DNA of 61,473 nucleotides from a virus: IMG/VR virus record IMGVR_UViG_3300035534_000060; one strand, 5' to 3'. Shown piece by piece: positions 56,073 to 61,473 of this stretch (position 1 is its first letter; each line of letters starts with the position of its first letter). The notes under the pieces were generated by a model. It saw only the letters and a program-made list of their open reading frames with translations, ran no database searches and was not told where the DNA came from. The position numbers and the translations under genes were made by a program.

Positions 56073-58307
56073 ATGAAAGCAGAAGAGTATTTCAATAGTC
56101 AGATAGGGTTAGATATTTGGAATAAAAAATATCGCCATGAAGGAGAGTCATTTGATGCATGGCTTGATAGAGTGAGTGCATGTGATGATTCAGTACGTGA
56201 GTTGATTAAGTCTAAAAAATTCATGTTTGCAGGCAGGATACTTGCTAATAGGGGGATTGAAGATAGGAATGTGAGTATGTCAAATTGTTATGTAGTTACT
56301 CCCCCGGAAGATAATTTAGAAAGTATCTATGAGACTGCTAAAAAGATGGCTCGTACATACAGTTATGGTGGAGGATGTGGCACATCATTATCTAATCTTG
56401 CCCCGAAAGGCGCTAAAATAAATAATGCTGCTAAGTTTACAAGTGGGGCAACTTCATTTGCAGAACTCTATGACAAAACCACTGAATTGATTGGGCAAGA
56501 TGGCCGTAGAGGCGCTTTAATGCTTTCATTGAGTACAGAACATCCTGATATTCATGATTTTATCAATGTAAAAACTGAAACAGATAAATTGACCAAATGC
56601 AATATATCTGTAGAGGCATCAGATGAATTTATGGCAAATAGTTATGACGATAAATATAACCATCCTCTAAGATTTAAGAGACATACAGGTGAAATGATCT
56701 ATAAAGATAGTAATGCACATCAAATGCTTAAAACTATTGCAAAAAATAATCATGAATGGTCAGAACCGGGAATGATATTTATTGATAGAATGGCTAATTA
56801 TAATTTGATGGAACATATAGAAGATTTTAAAATAAAAACCACTAATCCTTGCGGCGAAGTCGGGCTTCCTGATGGTGGTGCATGTCTATTAGGTAGCATT
56901 AATTTAGCAGAATTGGAATGTGCATCAATGAATCGTATCCCATACACAGAATTAGATCGTATTGTCACAATTGCTGTATATGCATTAAATGATGTTCTGT
57001 ATGAAGGTATTCCATTACACCCATTGGAAGAACAACAGAAAGCCGCAAGAAAATGGGGTCAAATCGGATTAGGCATTATGGGTTATGCTGATTGGCTTAT
57101 TAAACATGGTTTGACATATGGGTCAGATGGAGCAAATAAATTGACCGAAGATTTGATGAAGTTTATTATAAATTGTGCTGTTCAGGCATCTGCTAAATAT
57201 GCAAAAGATAATAATTGTGCTTTAGATATAGATTATGATGCAGTATTGGAATCAGAATTTGCTGCAAGATGTTTAGGCACTATGTCTGAATCATATATTA
57301 AAAAATATGGATTGGCAAATTCGACAATTTTATCTATTGCGCCAAATGGAACTATAAGTACTATGCTTGGAGTGTCTGGTGGTATTGAACCACACTTTGC
57401 ATTAAATTACAAGCGCAAAACAGAAAGTCTTCATGGTGAGGATAAATATTATGATGTTGATGTACCTATAGTTGAATGGTATAATAAAACCTATGGTAAA
57501 TATCAATTACCAGAATATTTTGTAACATCCTCTGATATTAATTATATGCATAGAATTAAGACTCAAGGTGTTTTCCAGAAATATGTAGATTCATCTATAT
57601 CAAGTACAGTTAATTTGCCAAACTATGCTACTATTGATGATGTGTACAATTTGTATGTTGAGGCATGGAAGCATGGATTGAAGGGTGTTACTGTACATAG
57701 AAGTGGTAACAAGCGTGAAGGCGTGCTTACAGTAGATGATGCTAAAGAAGATGATGAAACAATTTCAACAAACCCTACACTTGAGCGTGGAGATTGGGCA
57801 AAAAAACCTGCTGACACATTATATTATCCTCACAAAGTTTACACTGGTTGTGGTCAGATTATGATGCAGATAGGTTATTCTAAATCCGAAAACAAAATAA
57901 TTGATTTTTGGATAAAGCGTAGTGGTAAAGGTGGATGTGAAAGGTCATTAGATAATATTGCTGTAGCCATGTCCGGTATGCTTAGATTGGGTGGTAATGT
58001 TGAAAATATACAGAAAGCATTCAGTGGCATTAATGCATGTAATTCATTTACTGCTGCTCATATTTTAGGTAAAAAATTGAGTAAAGGCGGGAACTGTGGT
58101 AATGCAATGCTCAATAAATTACTTGAATTTCAAAATGAAATCGACAAATCAACGAATACGAATTTAGATATTGATGGTATACCACTAAACGAAATACATG
58201 AACATCCACCTATACAAAAAGGCACAATTTGTCCTGAATGTGGTGCACCTATGATGCATTCAGGTGGATGTGTGACATGTGTATGTGGCTACTCTAAGTG
58301 CGACTGA
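56073..58307 (+). CDS. Ribonucleotide reductase large subunit (class II-like; class tentative)
   Basis: Active-site TTNPCGEVGLPDGGACLLGSINL; 744 aa; C-terminal Cys-rich tail CPECG...CVTCVCG. Confidence 0.8.
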   Translation: MKAEEYFNSQIGLDIWNKKYRHEGESFDAWLDRVSACDDSVRELIKSKKFMFAGRILANRGIEDRNVSMSNCYVVTPPEDNLESIYETAKKMARTYSYGGGCGTSLSNLAPKGAKINNAAKFTSGATSFAELYDKTTELIGQDGRRGALMLSLSTEHPDIHDFINVKTETDKLTKCNISVEASDEFMANSYDDKYNHPLRFKRHTGEMIYKDSNAHQMLKTIAKNNHEWSEPGMIFIDRMANYNLMEHIEDFKIKTTNPCGEVGLPDGGACLLGSINLAELECASMNRIPYTELDRIVTIAVYALNDVLYEGIPLHPLEEQQKAARKWGQIGLGIMGYADWLIKHGLTYGSDGANKLTEDLMKFIINCAVQASAKYAKDNNCALDIDYDAVLESEFAARCLGTMSESYIKKYGLANSTILSIAPNGTISTMLGVSGGIEPHFALNYKRKTESLHGEDKYYDVDVPIVEWYNKTYGKYQLPEYFVTSSDINYMHRIKTQGVFQKYVDSSISSTVNLPNYATIDDVYNLYVEAWKHGLKGVTVHRSGNKREGVLTVDDAKEDDETISTNPTLERGDWAKKPADTLYYPHKVYTGCGQIMMQIGYSKSENKIIDFWIKRSGKGGCERSLDNIAVAMSGMLRLGGNVENIQKAFSGINACNSFTAAHILGKKLSKGGNCGNAMLNKLLEFQNEIDKSTNTNLDIDGIPLNEIHEHPPIQKGTICPECGAPMMHSGGCVTCVCGYSKCD

Positions 58308-58316
58308 GGTGCTCGA

Positions 58317-58571
58317 ATGTTGATGTGGATAGTCATATTCGTGAACTTCCTCGGTGCGCTCATGGTGGCTGCACATGAGTCTATGTGGGCTAATAAAATA
58401 TGGTTTGTATCCAATCCAATTCTCATTGGATACAATTTTTACATTGGCTCATATGAACAAATGACAATGTTTATATTGTATTGGGTAGTTTGTATTTTGG
58501 GTATAACAAGGAAGTTAGAACCTACAATGTTAAAAATAAAGGAGGAATTAAATGTTAGGAGACAGGAATAA
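58317..58571 (+). CDS. Small membrane protein
   Basis: Two hydrophobic segments. Confidence 0.35.
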   Translation: MLMWIVIFVNFLGALMVAAHESMWANKIWFVSNPILIGYNFYIGSYEQMTMFILYWVVCILGITRKLEPTMLKIKEELNVRRQE

Positions 58572-58938
58572 ACTTATTTATGTGTCAGGGCCATATACAG
58601 CCCCAACAGATAATGAAATAAATGAAAATATTCAAAGGGCTGAAGACATTGCTGTAATGCTTATGCGCAATGGTTTTGATGTGATTACACCACATAAAAA
58701 TACGGCAGGATACCAGCAATATGAATTTACTCATGAAAGATATTTAGAGCAGGATATAAATATCTTAAGTAGATGTGATGCTATTTTGATGATGAATAAT
58801 TGGAGAAAATCAAAAGGTGCATGCATAGAAATGGAGTATGCAAGAACAGAGAATATACCTATAATATATTCTAATATTTTGAATGGTGTGAAAAGTGAAG
58901 ATGTTCACAAATATGTAAGTTTAATGATGGGAGAGTGA
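58552..58938 (+). CDS. Nucleoside 2-deoxyribosyltransferase-like (DUF4406-type) protein
   Basis: IYVSGPYTA N-terminus and CDAILMMNNWRKSKGACIEMEYA resemble the NDT-like fold motifs. Confidence 0.45.
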   Translation: MLGDRNKLIYVSGPYTAPTDNEINENIQRAEDIAVMLMRNGFDVITPHKNTAGYQQYEFTHERYLEQDINILSRCDAILMMNNWRKSKGACIEMEYARTENIPIIYSNILNGVKSEDVHKYVSLMMGE

Positions 58939-58943
58939 TTTAA

Positions 58944-59441
58944 ATGTGTGAAATGAATAATCCAAATAACAGTGCCCGCACTGAATTTTATGGAAGGCAG
59001 GATGAACAGTTTATATATCCAGAGAATGTTGAGATAAAGCCAAGAGTAGCCTCTAATTTTGATATGAATTATTTCAAAGCAGATAAAGAAGATGGTATGA
59101 CTGATGGGCAATTAGATGAATTGACTAATACCGTATATGCTATGTTTGATTTTGATGAGGGATTTAATAAAACTAAATGGAAAATTATACGTGTAGGTCT
59201 AGGCAAAATAGATTTCCTGATGGTAAAAAACAACAAGTATAAAAATTCTGCATTAGACCCGGTAAAAACATTTAGCAAAGTTTCCACAGGCGAACAAATT
59301 AACATACGTATGGATGATAAACTCAGCCGTATTAAAAATAGTGATGTCGAAAGGAAAAATGATTTTGCTGATCTTGGTGGATACATTGATTTGAAATGTG
59401 TTGAAAAGGATTGGCTTAGTTTCAAAGACCTTTTAGACTGA
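58944..59441 (+). CDS. Hypothetical protein
   Basis: 165-aa ORF. Confidence 0.4.
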   Translation: MCEMNNPNNSARTEFYGRQDEQFIYPENVEIKPRVASNFDMNYFKADKEDGMTDGQLDELTNTVYAMFDFDEGFNKTKWKIIRVGLGKIDFLMVKNNKYKNSALDPVKTFSKVSTGEQINIRMDDKLSRIKNSDVERKNDFADLGGYIDLKCVEKDWLSFKDLLD

Positions 59442-59449
59442 GGTGGCAC

Positions 59450-60070
59450 ATGGATGTTCACCTTTTCTTTTTAAGAGATCAAATTCTTGTACGTGGGTAC
59501 GGAATAGTAGATAATGAAGGCCTTGAAAATCTCAGAGATGATTTAACATCAGGCCTTTTTGTAGTGCGCAAGAGCCAAGATAATGAATTTGTGGTAAAGG
59601 TAAATATTTGTTTAGAGGAGGAGATAAAGAAACTTATTGAGAAAGATTCTAAAAATTTAGCAACTAAAGTTTACAAACTTACTAAGACCAGAGAACCAGA
59701 TGTAGCCGATGGGCTGGTTAAAAGAATTTTAAAATTGTTTTCTCAGCCTAAATGGAATCAGGCATCATGGATACATATGCTTAAAACAGGCGTATATTAC
59801 ACATATGCTGCTGATAGCAATGTTATGCTGGACTATCTTGTATGGGATGGCAAATTAGAATATGAATCGTATGGCACATATTGTATATCATCTGAATTTA
59901 TGTCAGCCATTTTGAACAAAGATAAAGTTTATTTTAGTTGGTTGTCTAAATATTTAGATTGTAAAGATGAGAAAGCAATAGATATATTCATGACACACCA
60001 TGGATATGATAAACATGGGAGTAGTTATACGAAAAAACAAAGTGAACCAATTGGATTTATCATACAATAA
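59450..60070 (+). CDS. Hypothetical protein
   Basis: 206-aa ORF. Confidence 0.4.
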   Translation: MDVHLFFLRDQILVRGYGIVDNEGLENLRDDLTSGLFVVRKSQDNEFVVKVNICLEEEIKKLIEKDSKNLATKVYKLTKTREPDVADGLVKRILKLFSQPKWNQASWIHMLKTGVYYTYAADSNVMLDYLVWDGKLEYESYGTYCISSEFMSAILNKDKVYFSWLSKYLDCKDEKAIDIFMTHHGYDKHGSSYTKKQSEPIGFIIQ

Positions 60071-60133
60071 TAGAAACCTTTATATAGTCTTAAACCTATA
60101 TAGAGAATACTAACATAACAAAGGAGGAATATT

Positions 60134-60502
60134 ATGGAAACAAAACAATCATTAGAAGAACTCGTAGATAGATGTGCAAGACTTAAAGCCGCAAAGGATG
60201 CAGCAGACGCAGCATACAAGAAGGCTAAGAGTGAACTCGAAACAATCTGTGATGAACAAAGAATCACTGAACTTAATACTGGATTGTATAATGTGTCTAT
60301 CAAAAAGCAGCACAGATTCAGAAAGTACCGTGATGAAAATGTTGTAATCCAGATGATACCCGAAAAACTTCGGGGTGATGTGATGAGTCTTGATCGTAAA
60401 AAGGTTAATGGGCTTGTTGATGCAGGCATTCTTCCAGAGGAAATAAAGGGCGAGGAAATGTACAGTGAGATAACCAATACAACCATTAGGGAGGCTAAAT
60501 AA
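60134..60502 (+). CDS. Hypothetical protein
   Basis: 122-aa ORF with SD and AATAGAAACCTTTATATA promoter. Confidence 0.45.
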   Translation: METKQSLEELVDRCARLKAAKDAADAAYKKAKSELETICDEQRITELNTGLYNVSIKKQHRFRKYRDENVVIQMIPEKLRGDVMSLDRKKVNGLVDAGILPEEIKGEEMYSEITNTTIREAK

Positions 60503-60577
60503 TGCCCCCCTAAAAAGAATAAAGAGCCCAAAAAACCTGCACTCATCATACCATTAACCACTAAAGAATTTCCAAGA

Positions 60578-60832
60578 GTGGAAGTATTTATTGATAACTT
60601 GAGTGCAAGTGTGGGTATAAAAAAGAAGAAGGATGATACAAATTGTAGTATTCAAAAATTCTGCTCTAATACACCTGAAGGAATTTTGAAAACTCTTGAC
60701 AAAGTGATGTTTACTCAAAAATTGAATAAGGCAACCAAGGAAAATTATAATTCCACATTTGAAGAGTTTATGGAACTTGTGAAAGAGCACAACAAGTTTA
60801 TGGAAGATTTGGCTAAGGAGGTAAAGAAATGA
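60578..60832 (+). CDS. Hypothetical protein
   Basis: 84-aa ORF. Confidence 0.35.
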   Translation: MEVFIDNLSASVGIKKKKDDTNCSIQKFCSNTPEGILKTLDKVMFTQKLNKATKENYNSTFEEFMELVKEHNKFMEDLAKEVKK

Positions 60833-61146
60833 AAGATGAATATAATTCTTTTGATGTATTTTTAAGCAACATGCGAGCCGAACATGATAAGTTGGGCGCA
60901 AAGAAAGGTTATCATATGCTGCATGATGCCACATTGAGTGAAGCATGGGAAGAATGGGCAGCCAATGTACAGGATGCTATTTCTGGGGCAAATCCTCAGA
61001 TAATAAAAAATGAGATGGTAAAACTTGCCAATAAATGCATGTATGTGCATGAAATGCTTGAACGTGAGGATAACAAGAGTGCTGCATACAAATTGGCAGA
61101 AGCCCGCAAAGAGAGAATGAATAGTTTTGAGCCCCGGAGGGTATGA
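60829..61146 (+). CDS. Hypothetical protein
   Basis: 105-aa ORF overlapping the previous stop. Confidence 0.4.
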   Translation: MKDEYNSFDVFLSNMRAEHDKLGAKKGYHMLHDATLSEAWEEWAANVQDAISGANPQIIKNEMVKLANKCMYVHEMLEREDNKSAAYKLAEARKERMNSFEPRRV

Positions 61147-61411
61147 TATGAATGATGATATGTTTACAGCAATAATAGTAGGTATAGTTTTTATACTAAG
61201 TATCTTTTTTCCAATCATAGGCACATTGTTCTTGGCAGTAATGCTACTAACAGCACTGTTCAACATCTGGAAATTTAGAAAAGTTGCCGGACAATGCACT
61301 GAATGCGCATTTTTTGATAGTGCAAAAGGTGTGTGTATATATTACTATGATGGAGAATGTAAAGAAGATTGTGATAATTTCAAAATGTTAAAACGAGGAG
61401 GAGAAAATTAA
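61127..61411 (+). CDS. Membrane protein with C-terminal Cys-rich zinc-binding-like tail
   Basis: Hydrophobic N-terminal half; C-terminal CTECAFFDSAKGVCIYYYDGECKEDC; 3' part duplicated at 128-294. Confidence 0.45.
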   Translation: MSPGGYDMNDDMFTAIIVGIVFILSIFFPIIGTLFLAVMLLTALFNIWKFRKVAGQCTECAFFDSAKGVCIYYYDGECKEDCDNFKMLKRGGEN

Positions 61412-61473
61412 TGCCGCCAATGAAAAAGTATAGTGATGAAGATTTGATCGATATTATGGCACAGGTAGCCATA
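61411..61473 (+). repeat. Exact copy of 295-357 (start of the 295..660 gene)
   Basis: Identical sequence at window end and at 295-357; implies circular or terminally redundant genome. Confidence 0.85.

Noticed and set aside
1-61473. Integrase, excisionase or lysogeny module
   Set aside because: No tyrosine- or serine-recombinase-like ORF recognised. The HTH proteins at 2220..2786 and 3066..3308 could be regulators, but there is no evidence for integration.

Overview
The window is an apparently complete, circularly permuted or terminally redundant genome (unit about 61.1 kb) of a tailed dsDNA virus with an archaeal host. The ends repeat: 61411-61473 equals 295-357, and 1-294 is a duplicated mosaic. 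Archaeal origin is supported by many BRE/TATA promoters of the form AAATAGAAACCTTTATATA about 45-60 nt upstream of Shine-Dalgarno-led start codons, and by an archaeal-type replication set (RFC small-subunit-like clamp loader, PCNA-like clamp, compact family B polymerase, PrimPol-type primase, XPD-type Fe-S helicase). Base composition is AT-rich by eye. Modules in order: small early-type genes with HTH and zinc-ribbon proteins (0.3-3.6 kb); a TnpB-only IS200/IS605-type element (3.8-5.0 kb); a 1.3 kb ORF-free region packed with at least four repeat families, probably an origin (7.1-8.2 kb); more small genes (8.4-11.3 kb); a minus-strand accessory island (11.6-14.2 kb); morphogenesis genes from terminase to lysis (17.8-39.0 kb); a minus-strand PrimPol/helicase block (39.1-44.1 kb); and a replication and nucleotide-metabolism block (44.3-61.4 kb). 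The most notable observation is amber-codon behaviour: TAG ends only 2 of roughly 95 candidate genes, both of which look truncated, and in the tail-fibre gene the TAG at 37778-37780 sits in-frame inside a conserved motif where a paralogous module has Lys. This suggests TAG is read as sense (pyrrolysine or programmed readthrough). All calls come from reading the sequence and translations; no database search was run.
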